Source: Cytophaga sp. | GTDB taxonomy: Bacteria; Bacteroidota; Bacteroidia; Cytophagales; Cytophagaceae | Direction of reading: 5' to 3' | Assembly (NCBI RefSeq): GCF_051961495.1 | Contig: NZ_JBQCDF010000135.1 | Coordinates: 1,372 to 65,371, forward strand | Length of the DNA: 64,000 nt | Shown: in pieces, positions 8,220 through 16,800 of the stretch | How the letters are laid out: every line of letters begins with the position of its first letter | How positions within the stretch are numbered: the first letter of the stretch is position 1 | The notes under the pieces: generated by a model | What the model saw: the letters and a program-made list of their open reading frames with translations, nothing else | Database searches by the model: none | Told to the model about the DNA's origin: nothing | Position numbers and translations under genes: made by a program

Positions 8220-9603
8220 TGGTTTCAAGCACTTCTTTTATATCGTTGATAATTTTATGAGCCAAATTGTCTGCAGTTGCATGGGTGTCTGCTTCCGCAT
8301 AGATACGAATGATCGGCTCGGTGTTGGATTTACGTAAGTGTACCCAGCCTGCTTCAAAGTCAAAACGTACTCCGTCGACTGTGATCATAGGTGTTTTTGC
8401 GTAATGCTCCTTTATTTTTTCGATCACACAATCCACGTCAATTTCCGGAGTCAATTCAATTTTATTTTTTGAAATAACATAGTTCGGGTAGCTGGCACGC
8501 ATCATGGAAATAGACTTTCCGTATTTCGCCAGATGAGAAAGGAACAAGGCAATACCTACTAAGGCGTCTCTGCCGTAATGCAGTTCAGGATAGATCACAC
8601 CGCCGTTGCCTTCACCGCCGATCACAGCTTTATTCTTCTTCATGGCCGTAACTACGTTCACTTCACCAACGGCAGAAGCGATATAGTTTTTACCATGTTT
8701 CTCCGTTACATCTTTTAATGCCCGTGTTGAGGACAGGTTTGAAACCGTATTGCCCGGTGTATTTTTCAATACATAATCAGCAATGGCAACCAGTGTGTAC
8801 TCTTCGCCGAACATACTTCCGTCTTCGTTCACAAAACACAAACGGTCAACATCCGGATCTACCACGATGCCTAAATCGTAATGACCTTTTTCGATTTCAT
8901 TGGAAATGAATGAAAGGTTTTCCGGCAGCGGTTCCGGGTTGTGCGGGAAGTGTCCGTCGGGTTCGCAGTAGAACGCAGAAACTTTTTTAACGCCCAATGC
9001 TTTCAGCAGTAAGGGTAGTGCAATACCACCCGTAGAATTTACACAGTCAATGGCAACGGAAAAATCCTTTGCCTGGATCGCTGCCACATCTACCAATGGT
9101 AATTTTAAAATAGCGTCAATATGTTTTTGAATGTAGCTGTCGTCTTTGCGGTATGAACCGAAATGTTTTACATCTACAAATTCAATATTTTCTTTTTTAG
9201 CAAGAACCAGAATTTTTTTACCGTCGCGCTCTGAAACAAATTCTCCATTAGCGTTCAGTAACTTCAAGGCATTCCATTGGCCCGGGTTATGACTGGCAGT
9301 AATGATGATACCGCCGGCTGCCTGCTCCCACACAACAGCCATTTCTACGGTTGGTGTCGTTGATAGACCTAAATCCACTACATCAAATCCAAGGCACCGT
9401 AACGTTTCTGTAACGATGGAAGAAATCCATGGTCCCGATAAACGGGCATCACGGCCGATAACGATCTTATTATTATTTGAAGCACTTCTTGCCCACGTTC
9501 CGTATGCTGCAGCAAATTTCGCCACATCGATCGGTGTTAACGAGTCGCCGGGTTTACCGCCGATAGTTCCGCGGATTCCGGAAATAGATTTAATTAAAGT
9601 CAC
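8200..9603 (-). CDS. glmM: Phosphoglucosamine mutase / phosphohexomutase
   Basis: SISGIRG, TASHNP (phospho-Ser), DPDVDR metal loop, GGEGNGG, LRKSNTEP; GTG start. Confidence 0.88.
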   Translation of the reverse strand: MTLIKSISGIRGTIGGKPGDSLTPIDVAKFAAAYGTWARSASNNNKIVIGRDARLSGPWISSIVTETLRCLGFDVVDLGLSTTPTVEMAVVWEQAAGGIIITASHNPGQWNALKLLNANGEFVSERDGKKILVLAKKENIEFVDVKHFGSYRKDDSYIQKHIDAILKLPLVDVAAIQAKDFSVAIDCVNSTGGIALPLLLKALGVKKVSAFYCEPDGHFPHNPEPLPENLSFISNEIEKGHYDLGIVVDPDVDRLCFVNEDGSMFGEEYTLVAIADYVLKNTPGNTVSNLSSTRALKDVTEKHGKNYIASAVGEVNVVTAMKKNKAVIGGEGNGGVIYPELHYGRDALVGIALFLSHLAKYGKSISMMRASYPNYVISKNKIELTPEIDVDCVIEKIKEHYAKTPMITVDGVRFDFEAGWVHLRKSNTEPIIRIYAEADTHATADNLAHKIINDIKEVLETNACLLR

Positions 9604-9627
9604 AGTTAAAAAGATTTATTGTGTAAC

Positions 9628-9635
9628 CAAATTTA
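9628..9635 (-). promoter_or_regulatory. Bacteroidota -7 promoter box for the glmM-iscS run
   Basis: CAAATTTA on + = TAAATTTG on minus, about 25 nt upstream of the GTG. Confidence 0.55.
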
Positions 9636-9775
9636 CAAAACAGAAACCATATACAATCTTTTCTTTTTAAAATTATACAAACAAATATTTTATCAACATC
9701 CGGCTAAAATTTCTTTATGAAAACAAGCATTAGTAAATAGAATATGGTTATTTGTTATATAAACGTCTTTTTGTT

Positions 9776-10570
9776 ATGAATTCAAGAGCAGAGCAATTAA
9801 AAGCATTTGACCGTTTGTTGACGATCATGGATGAATTGCGGGAACAATGTCCGTGGGATAAAAAACAAACCATTGAAAGTTTGCGCTATTTAACCATTGA
9901 AGAAACGTTTGAACTCTCGGATGCCATTGTCGACAAGAACATGGATGAGATCAAAAAGGAGTTGGGCGATATCATGCTACATCTGGTTTTTTATGCCCGG
10001 ATCGCTTCAGAGACTAATGATTTTGATATTGGAGATGTACTGAATGCCCTCTCGGAAAAGATGATCCGCCGCCACCCGCATATCTATGGCGATGTAAAGG
10101 CAGAAGACGAAGAAGCCGTAAAGAAAAACTGGGAGCAGATCAAGATGACGGAAAAGCCGAAGGAAGAATCTATTTTAAGCGGTGTTCCCAAATCACTGCC
10201 GGCTATGATCAAAGCTACCCGTATACAGGAGAAAGCCCGTGGCGCCGGTTTCGACTGGGAAGAAAAAAAACAGGTCTGGGAAAAGGTGGAAGAAGAACTT
10301 GCAGAATTCAAGCGGGAATTTAACATAGAAGACGATAAAAAGATTGACGCATTTAAAGCCGAAGGCGAACTCGGTGATTTATTTTTCTCCCTGATTAATT
10401 ACGCCCGCTTCCTGAACATCAACCCCGAAGATGCACTGGAGCGCACCAATAAAAAATTCATCAAACGTTTTCAGTATCTGGAAAGAGAATCCAGAAAAGA
10501 TGGCAAGCAATTAAACACCATGAGCCTGGCCGAAATGGATGAATACTGGAATGCAGCGAAGAAGGCTTAA
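9776..10570 (+). CDS. mazG: Nucleoside triphosphate pyrophosphohydrolase
   Basis: LREQCPWDKKQT, EETFEL, ELGD, KMIRRHPH, tandem second MazG domain (GFDW...EELAE...ELGDL). Likely start MNSRAEQ at 9776. Confidence 0.95.
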   Translation: MNSRAEQLKAFDRLLTIMDELREQCPWDKKQTIESLRYLTIEETFELSDAIVDKNMDEIKKELGDIMLHLVFYARIASETNDFDIGDVLNALSEKMIRRHPHIYGDVKAEDEEAVKKNWEQIKMTEKPKEESILSGVPKSLPAMIKATRIQEKARGAGFDWEEKKQVWEKVEEELAEFKREFNIEDDKKIDAFKAEGELGDLFFSLINYARFLNINPEDALERTNKKFIKRFQYLERESRKDGKQLNTMSLAEMDEYWNAAKKA

Positions 10571-10595
10571 GGCGGAATGCCTAAGGCTTAATGCT
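10561..10595 (+). repeat. 7-bp periodic array, TAAGGCT family (copy A)
   Basis: gaaggct taaggcg gaatgcc taaggct taatgct; contains the mazG stop codon. Confidence 0.8.
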
Positions 10596-10674
10596 TTTGC
10601 GTTTCATTAATCATTTTAGTTTGTAAATTTTATTCTCATCTTTAAAGTACTGAAGTTAAAAATAAAGAAATGAC

Positions 10675-10710
10675 AAGCCTTAGGCTTTAAGCATTTCGCC
10701 TTAGGTTTAA
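10675..10710 (-). repeat. 7-bp periodic array, TAAGGCT family (copy B, inverted)
   Basis: Reverse complement: taaacc taaggcg aaatgct taaagcc taaggct. Confidence 0.8.
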
Positions 10711-10715
10711 CACCC

Positions 10716-10994
10716 ATGGAAACATTTAAAAAAATATACAAAGCCGCTTTCTATTTGAATATCGTACTGTTTCTTTTTTTCTTTTATTCGTTGTATCAGT
10801 ATGGCGAAACCTATTCAGATATAAAAACTCCGGATAAAACAGAAGCCATTACGAGCCATGGAAAAACGTATTATGTCAGTAAAGCAGATCAGCATAAAAT
10901 GAATATCATCGGCTGGACTTCTTTATCACTGTTTGTTTCCGTGTTAGGTATCGGTTTGTATTATAAGGTTAAATATAAGAAGGATCTTTTGTAG
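10716..10994 (+). CDS. Small two-TM hypothetical membrane protein
   Basis: 92 aa; two hydrophobic helices with a polar loop; bracketed by arrays B and C. Confidence 0.7.
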   Translation: METFKKIYKAAFYLNIVLFLFFFYSLYQYGETYSDIKTPDKTEAITSHGKTYYVSKADQHKMNIIGWTSLSLFVSVLGIGLYYKVKYKKDLL

Positions 10995-10997
10995 ACG

Positions 10998-11032
10998 TAA
11001 AGCATAAGGCGGAACGCCGAAGGCTTAAAGCT
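10998..11032 (+). repeat. 7-bp periodic array, TAAGGCT family (copy C)
   Basis: taaagca taaggcg gaacgcc gaaggct taaagct. Confidence 0.8.
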
Positions 11033-11086
11033 TTTCACATTAAGCTTTTTTCTTTATCTTAGTATTACTATCGTTTTAATCTTCAC

Positions 11087-11239
11087 ATGAAACCTATTAA
11101 TACTCAAAGCAAATCTTCGGCCAATAAGCAGTTAAATGTTTATGAGGAACGTTTTTTGTTATTAATGAAATTAATGAAAATTGATCGAATGCTGCGCAAC
11201 GCAACGATTATCCATTCGGAAAATAAACCAAAGAAATAA
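11087..11239 (+). CDS. Small 50-aa protein translationally coupled to the nucleotidyltransferase (candidate antitoxin)
   Basis: Manual translation MKPINTQSKSSANKQLNVYEERFLLLMKLMKIDRMLRNATIIHSENKPKK*; TAATG stop/start overlap with 11239; below the ORF-track size cutoff. Confidence 0.65.
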   Translation: MKPINTQSKSSANKQLNVYEERFLLLMKLMKIDRMLRNATIIHSENKPKK

Positions 11240-11718
11240 TGGATATTTTTGATGAAGAGGTTTTAAATCTCTGGAAGGCGTTTCACAAAAACAAATTTCA
11301 ATATATTATGGTTGGAGGTTTCGCAACCAATCTGAATGGCTTTTCAAGAACAACTGCAGATATTGATATATGGTTAAAAGATACTCCACAAAATAGAATA
11401 CATCTCAAAGATTCTCTGGCACAAATGGGTCTTGGTGATTTGCCGCAAATGGAGCGGATGGATTTTATTCCCGGCTGGTCTTCCATTAGACTTAACTCAG
11501 GCATGGAACTGGATCTAATGTCTTATATAAAAGGCTTCGAACAGGAAACATTTGATGCATGCTATCAATCAGCATCAACAGCTGTTATTTTTGACATACC
11601 AATAAAGTTCTTGCATATCAATCACCTGATTGAAAGCAAAAAAGCCTGCGACAGGCCAAAGGATAAAATCGATGTGTTGGAATTGGAGCGAATTAAGGCT
11701 GAACGAGAAAGATTGTAA
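11239..11718 (+). CDS. Minimal nucleotidyltransferase (DUF6036/AbiEii-like)
   Basis: YIMVGGFA...RTTADIDIW (GG + DxD Pol-beta-fold motif); C-terminal LIESKKACDRPKDKIDV. Confidence 0.85.
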   Translation: MDIFDEEVLNLWKAFHKNKFQYIMVGGFATNLNGFSRTTADIDIWLKDTPQNRIHLKDSLAQMGLGDLPQMERMDFIPGWSSIRLNSGMELDLMSYIKGFEQETFDACYQSASTAVIFDIPIKFLHINHLIESKKACDRPKDKIDVLELERIKAERERL

Positions 11719-11752
11719 TAAGCTTAAGGCCTTAGCTTTTCGCTTTAAGCTA
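11719..11752 (-). repeat. 7-bp periodic array, TAAGGCT family (copy D, inverted)
   Basis: Reverse complement: tagct taaagcg aaaagct aaggcct taagctt; contains the EamA stop codon. Confidence 0.7.
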
Positions 11753-12566
11753 TAATATTCAGCACCATCCCCAGCATCACCAAACCCACGCCAACCGAGG
11801 ATTTCAGGCTGATGTACTCGCCGAAGAACGTGATGCCGTAGAAAAAAGAAAGTACAATACCCAGATAATACACGTAGGAAATATTTTTCACCTCTTCGTG
11901 TTTATAGGCTTTGGTCAGGAAAAGCTGTCCCACATGTGTGGTAATTCCAATCAACAATAGAAACAACCATTCCCGTGCATCCGGTGTTTTCCATTCTGTA
12001 AAGATAAAGGGCAGCATACAAGGAATGGTAATGAACGGAAAGTAAAACATGATCACGGCGGTATCGTCGGTGTCGCGCAGTGTACGTACAACGAAGTGCG
12101 CTGTGGCCGTAAAGAAGGCTGCACACAAACCAAGGATGATTCCTACGGTTGACAGGTCTTTATCCAACCCTTTCATTAAAAACACACCCAGAAAAGAGAT
12201 GCCGAAAAACAACCATTTCAAATGCGGGATCTTTTCTTTCAGAAATAAGAAAGCCAGAAATAAGGTAAAGAAAGGAACGAGATTGCCGATGGTTACTGCT
12301 GTTCCCAGTGGCAGCAGTTGTATGGAATAAAAGAAACAGATCAGCGAAAACATGCCGACCAAACCACGCAGCACCAGAAATGGTTTGTTGTTTCCCCACA
12401 CCGGAACCCTGGCTTGCCGGATTGCGATGTAGCAGAATATAATGGAAAAGACAGACCGGATAAAAATTGTTTGTACAACGGGAATCTCCGGAATCGCTTT
12501 CACACACAAATGCATGAGTGAAAAGGAGACAATGGAGATAAGCATGTAGCGGATACCGAGCGTCAT
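11745..12566 (-). CDS. DMT/EamA family transporter
   Basis: About 10 TM segments, duplicated EamA pattern (LVLRGLVG, FLKEKI, GQLFLTKAY). Confidence 0.9.
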   Translation of the reverse strand: MTLGIRYMLISIVSFSLMHLCVKAIPEIPVVQTIFIRSVFSIIFCYIAIRQARVPVWGNNKPFLVLRGLVGMFSLICFFYSIQLLPLGTAVTIGNLVPFFTLFLAFLFLKEKIPHLKWLFFGISFLGVFLMKGLDKDLSTVGIILGLCAAFFTATAHFVVRTLRDTDDTAVIMFYFPFITIPCMLPFIFTEWKTPDAREWLFLLLIGITTHVGQLFLTKAYKHEEVKNISYVYYLGIVLSFFYGITFFGEYISLKSSVGVGLVMLGMVLNIIA

Positions 12567-12601
12567 GAGTACAAAGTACTAAGTACGGAGTACAGAGTAT
12601 G
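12567..12601 (+). repeat. 7-bp periodic array, GAGTACA family
   Basis: gagtaca aagtact aagtacg gagtaca gagtatg; abuts the EamA start; inverted partial copy at about 12647-12667 spanning the rluD stop. Confidence 0.8.
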
Positions 12602-12659
12602 AGAAATAAATTATAATAATGGAAAGGGTTTCAAAATAGAATTTTTTGTATACTGTACT

Positions 12660-13706
12660 CTATACTTCTTCGCCCACATAGCGTTCCCATTTATCGAGTA
12701 CGGCCTGCATATCATCCGGCAACTTGCTGTCGAACTGCATAAATTCCTTTGTGGTGGGATGTACGAAGCCCAGCGTTTTGGCATGCAGTGCCTGGCGTGG
12801 TAATAGTTTGAAACAATTCTCAACAAACTGTTTGTACTTACCTGTTACTGTTCCTTTCACCACTGCATCACCTCCATAACTCATGTCATTAAATAACGGG
12901 TGGCCGATCGACCGCATGTGTGCACGGATCTGGTGTGTACGCCCGGTCTCCAGATTACATTGCACCAATGCAACATAATGATAGGCGTTCAGGGTTTTAT
13001 AATGTGTGATGGCCAGCTTGCCATCTTCTTCGTTGTCGTAGGTAGCAACAATCTTGCGGTCTTTCGTACTTCTTCCCAGGTAATTGCGGATGGTTCCGTC
13101 TTTGGGTTGTGGTGTACCCCAGGTGATGGCATAATAAGTGCGTTCTATGGTATGGTCCGCAAACTGTTTTGCCATGAAGGTCATGGCATAATCTGTTTTT
13201 GCAATTACCAATAAGCCTGAAGTATCTTTATCAATGCGGTGTACCAGGCCCGGCCGGATTTCTCCGTTGCGGTGCGTCGGCAGATTTTCAAAATGGTACG
13301 CGAGTGCGTTAACAAGGGTGCCGGTCCAGTTGCCGTGTGCGGGGTGCACCACCATGCCCGGTTTTTTATTTACAATCAGTATCTGATCATCTTCATACAC
13401 AATATCCAGCGGAATGTTTTCCGGGATCAATACATTTTCACGCGGCGGATGCGGTAGCGAAATAGTAATCACGTCACCCGGCTTTACCTTATAACTGGCT
13501 TTGGTTGGCTTATCGTTTACACGAACAGCTTCTGCTTCAATACCATATTGAATACGGGAGCGCGTCGCATTTTGAATACGCGACATCAGAAATTTATCGA
13601 TGCGCAGCAACGTTTGTCCGGGGTCGCAAACCACACGGTGGTGTTCAAACAATTCGTCTTCCGCGAACCCGTCTTCTAATTCTTCCGGTAGTTGATTTTC
13701 TGCCAT
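12660..13706 (-). CDS. rluD: RluA/RluD family 23S rRNA pseudouridine synthase
   Basis: S4 domain (LRIDKFL..RSRIQ), VNKKPGMVVHP, catalytic VHRIDKDTSG, LETGRTHQIRAH, RQALHA. Likely start MAENQ at 13706. Confidence 0.92.
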   Translation of the reverse strand: MAENQLPEELEDGFAEDELFEHHRVVCDPGQTLLRIDKFLMSRIQNATRSRIQYGIEAEAVRVNDKPTKASYKVKPGDVITISLPHPPRENVLIPENIPLDIVYEDDQILIVNKKPGMVVHPAHGNWTGTLVNALAYHFENLPTHRNGEIRPGLVHRIDKDTSGLLVIAKTDYAMTFMAKQFADHTIERTYYAITWGTPQPKDGTIRNYLGRSTKDRKIVATYDNEEDGKLAITHYKTLNAYHYVALVQCNLETGRTHQIRAHMRSIGHPLFNDMSYGGDAVVKGTVTGKYKQFVENCFKLLPRQALHAKTLGFVHPTTKEFMQFDSKLPDDMQAVLDKWERYVGEEV

Positions 13707-13780
13707 AACTGTAAAGGTACGGAAACCTTCGATAAGAAACGACATGTTTGATGATTTGAGCTTTAGGGCATTTATTGGTA

Positions 13781-13920
13781 AAATTCCAAAATTCAAAAAA
13801 CAAATTCCAAACAGCCGTAAAGTTAGTTATTAGCATTTACTTTTCTTGCCAGCAATTTGTTTAAGTTATTTGTGTGGCTTGTTGAGTAGTTTGGAATTTG
13901 TTTTTTGTAATTTGGAATTT
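13781..13920. repeat. 32-bp inverted repeat (AAATTCC 7-bp-periodic family) in divergent intergenic region
   Basis: 13781-13812 AAATTCCAAAATTCAAAAAACAAATTCCAAAC vs reverse complement of 13889-13920 AAATTCCAAATTACAAAAAACAAATTCCAAAC; 76-bp spacer. Confidence 0.85.
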
Positions 13921-13931
13921 CTACACGAATT

Positions 13932-14840
13932 ATGCTATTACATAGTAACCTTGAGCGTATTCAATTACCACTTCTTGAAGCAGCAGACGTTCAATTGTAC
14001 CTGAAACGTGAGGACTTAATCCATCCCTTATATGGTGGAAATAAGATCCGGAAGCTGAAATACAATGTAATGCAATGTGTGAAGGAAAGGAAAAGCGGAT
14101 TGCTTACTTGCGGTGGTGCGTATTCCAACCACATACTTGCAACGGCGGCGTATGCTAAAGAGCAGGGTTTGAAAATCAAAGCATTGATTCGTGGTGAGGA
14201 ACTGCTGATTGAAAACCCGACACTGAAAGATGCCGCTGCTCTTGGCATGGAGTTCGTTTTTGTTTCGAGGGAAGTATATAGAAGCATTCGTGAAAATCCG
14301 AAACTGGCGTTTGAAGCAAGTGATTCAAGCAGTAAAGAATTTTATTTTGTTCCCGAAGGAGGAACAAATGCATTTGCGGTTGAAGGAGTTGCTGAGCTGG
14401 TGCAGGAGATTGATGTGCCATTTGATTATATCACAACCCCTTGCGGCACGGGCGGAACATTCGGCGGTTTGATGAAAGGCATTAAAGATCTTGATTGTAA
14501 GCTGCTTGTTTTTTCAGCCTTGAAGAATGGTGATTATATTATTGATGAAGTTGCTGCTTTATTGAAAGAAGATTTTGACCGCAGCAAGCTAGCGCTGTTC
14601 ACTTCGGATTATGTTTTTGGTGGCTATGGAAAGGTGAAACCGGAACTTGTTGACTTTGTAAAAGATTTTGAACAACAAACAGGTATTTTACTTGATCCGG
14701 TCTACAATGGAAAAATGATGTTCGGCTTGCTGGATAAAATTGCAAACGGGTATTTTAAAAAAGGCTCAGTAATAGTAGCGCTGCATACAGGTGGTGTGCA
14801 GGCATGGAGAGGCTTTGGAAGCATAGAGCTAAAGACTTAA
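13932..14840 (+). CDS. PLP-dependent ACC deaminase / D-cysteine desulfhydrase family protein
   Basis: LKREDL...GGNKIRKL, GGAYSNH, VPEGG, CGTGGT, LDPVYNGKM, HTGG. Confidence 0.9.
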   Translation: MLLHSNLERIQLPLLEAADVQLYLKREDLIHPLYGGNKIRKLKYNVMQCVKERKSGLLTCGGAYSNHILATAAYAKEQGLKIKALIRGEELLIENPTLKDAAALGMEFVFVSREVYRSIRENPKLAFEASDSSSKEFYFVPEGGTNAFAVEGVAELVQEIDVPFDYITTPCGTGGTFGGLMKGIKDLDCKLLVFSALKNGDYIIDEVAALLKEDFDRSKLALFTSDYVFGGYGKVKPELVDFVKDFEQQTGILLDPVYNGKMMFGLLDKIANGYFKKGSVIVALHTGGVQAWRGFGSIELKT

Positions 14841-14849
14841 AGCTGGGGG

Positions 14850-14874
14850 AAATTCCAAAAAACAAATTCCAAAC
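14850..14874 (+). repeat. AAATTCC-family repeat copy
   Basis: AAATTCCAAAAAACAAATTCCAAAC, 9 nt after the ACC-deaminase-like stop. Confidence 0.75.
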
Positions 14875-15080
14875 GGAGACAAATCTAACCAACCCACGAC
14901 TCAACCCGTTGTTGTGCCACCGGCCAACAACCCACTGTTCTGAGATGATAAATTCAGTAAGTGGTTGGCATTCGCAGCGAACAAAACTACTATACAAGTC
15001 AAAGAAAAATCATCAGGCTGAAGACCTGAAACAAATTAACTTGCATCGCCGCAAGGCAAAGTGGGGGTAATATGAAACGA

Positions 15081-15115
15081 TTTACACTTTACACTTTTTA
15101 CTTTACACTTCGCTT
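15081..15115 (+). repeat. 7-bp periodic array, TTTACAC family
   Basis: tttacac tttacac tttttac tttacac ttcgctt, upstream of the dipeptidase start. Confidence 0.8.
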
Positions 15116-15150
15116 TCTATATTTACATACTACACTCATAACCAAATACT

Positions 15151-16530
15151 ATGTCTCAACTTACTGCTGCTGCTGTTTCTGCTTATGTGGAACAAAACAA
15201 AGATCGTTTTATTGGTGAACTGTGCGACTGGCTGAAGATTCCTTCTGTCAGTGCCGACAAGAAATTCAAAGCAGACGTGATCCGTGCAGCAGAATTTGCG
15301 AAAGAACAATTTTTAAAAGCCGGTGCAGATAAAGCAGAGCTTTGTGAAACAGGCGGCAATCCGGTTGTGTATGCAGAGAAAATGGTTGATCCGGCAAAAC
15401 CGACAATTCTGGTTTATGGTCACTATGATGTGCAGCCGGCAGATCCATATGAACTGTGGACTTCACCTCCCTTCGAACCGGTTATTAAAGATGGAAACAT
15501 TTATGCCCGCGGTGCCTGCGACGACAAAGGCCAGGTATACATGCACATCAAAGCGCTGGAGATTTTAACAGCGATGAAGGATGTGCCATGCAACATCAAA
15601 TTCATGATTGAAGGCGAAGAAGAAGTTGGTTCTGATAACCTTGGTCCGTTCCTGGAAAAAAATAAAGAAAAGTTGAAAGCCGATGTGATCCTGGTTTCAG
15701 ACACAGCAATCTTCTCTGTCGATACGCCTTCGATAACGATTGGTTTGAGAGGCTTAAGTTACCTGGAAGTAAAAGTTACCGGTCCCAACCGAGACCTGCA
15801 TTCCGGTGTATATGGCGGTGCGGTTGCCAACCCGATCAATATTTTATGTGAAATGATCGCGGGCATGAAAGATGAAAACAATCACATTGTAATTCCTGGC
15901 TTCTATGATGCTGTGCTTGAGCTGAGTGATGCAGACCGTAAAGCGTTGAACAGTGCACCGTTCAATTTAGATAATTATAAAAAAGCATTGGACATTGCCG
16001 ATGTGGAAGGTGAAAAAGGCTTCACTACCTTAGAAAGAACCTCCATCCGTCCAACGCTGGATGTTAACGGCATCTGGGGCGGTTACATTGGTGAAGGCGC
16101 AAAAACAGTATTGCCATCCATCGCACAGGCGAAGATTTCCATGCGTTTGGTACCGAACCAGACACCGGAAAAGATTACGCAGTTGTTTACGGACTATTTC
16201 AAAAGTATCGCACCGGCATCGGTAAAAGTAGAAGTTACGCCGCATCACGGCGGTGAACCGGCAATTACACCAACCGACAGTGCCGGCTATAAGGCAGCTG
16301 AAGCAGCATTTGCTGAAGCCTGGAACAAAAAACCAATTCCGATGCGTGAAGGCGGCAGTATTCCGATTGTTGCCTTGTTTGAAAAAGTTTTGGGTTTGAA
16401 AACCGTATTGATGGGTTTTGGACTGGATTCAGATGCGATCCACTCACCTAATGAGCACTACAGGGTATTTAATTACCTGAAAGGAATTGAAACGATTGTG
16501 CTGTTCCATAAGTATTTCGCGGGGAAGTAG
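15151..16530 (+). CDS. M20 family dipeptidase (ArgE/DapE/Dug1-like)
   Basis: YGHYDVQP, ARGACDDKG, EGEEEVGS, DLHSG..GG, HSPNE. Confidence 0.93.
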   Translation: MSQLTAAAVSAYVEQNKDRFIGELCDWLKIPSVSADKKFKADVIRAAEFAKEQFLKAGADKAELCETGGNPVVYAEKMVDPAKPTILVYGHYDVQPADPYELWTSPPFEPVIKDGNIYARGACDDKGQVYMHIKALEILTAMKDVPCNIKFMIEGEEEVGSDNLGPFLEKNKEKLKADVILVSDTAIFSVDTPSITIGLRGLSYLEVKVTGPNRDLHSGVYGGAVANPINILCEMIAGMKDENNHIVIPGFYDAVLELSDADRKALNSAPFNLDNYKKALDIADVEGEKGFTTLERTSIRPTLDVNGIWGGYIGEGAKTVLPSIAQAKISMRLVPNQTPEKITQLFTDYFKSIAPASVKVEVTPHHGGEPAITPTDSAGYKAAEAAFAEAWNKKPIPMREGGSIPIVALFEKVLGLKTVLMGFGLDSDAIHSPNEHYRVFNYLKGIETIVLFHKYFAGK

Positions 16531-16800
16531 TCTGAATCAGGATTTACCGGATTTAAAGATTAAACAGGGTTTCAAAGAAATTCAAAGTCGTCATAAATAA
16601 ATGTTTGTGTCAGCGCAGTTTCTACCCGTGGTTCGCCGCGGGGAATTGTCTTGTTAATTGGGGTTTTAATTTTCACTTTCTTCAGTGAAAATTTATTATT
16701 CGTCTTACAACTTGTCTGTCGGAGACTGTCAGGAAATGAATATGCAAACGACTAATTTATCGTTAGAAACTTAATGGTTTCGGATTTTGTATAGTATAAT

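Noticed and set aside
10561-11752. Possible CRISPR array from the repeated TAAGGC units
   Set aside because: Repeats are degenerate, alternate in orientation, have irregular spacing containing genes, and no cas genes are present.
13707-13796. N-terminal extension of rluD in the ORF track; similarly 46145-46222 for mfd and 40570-40620
   Set aside because: The extensions run into repeat or promoter sequence; downstream starts fit the family N-termini and TAnnTTTG spacing better.
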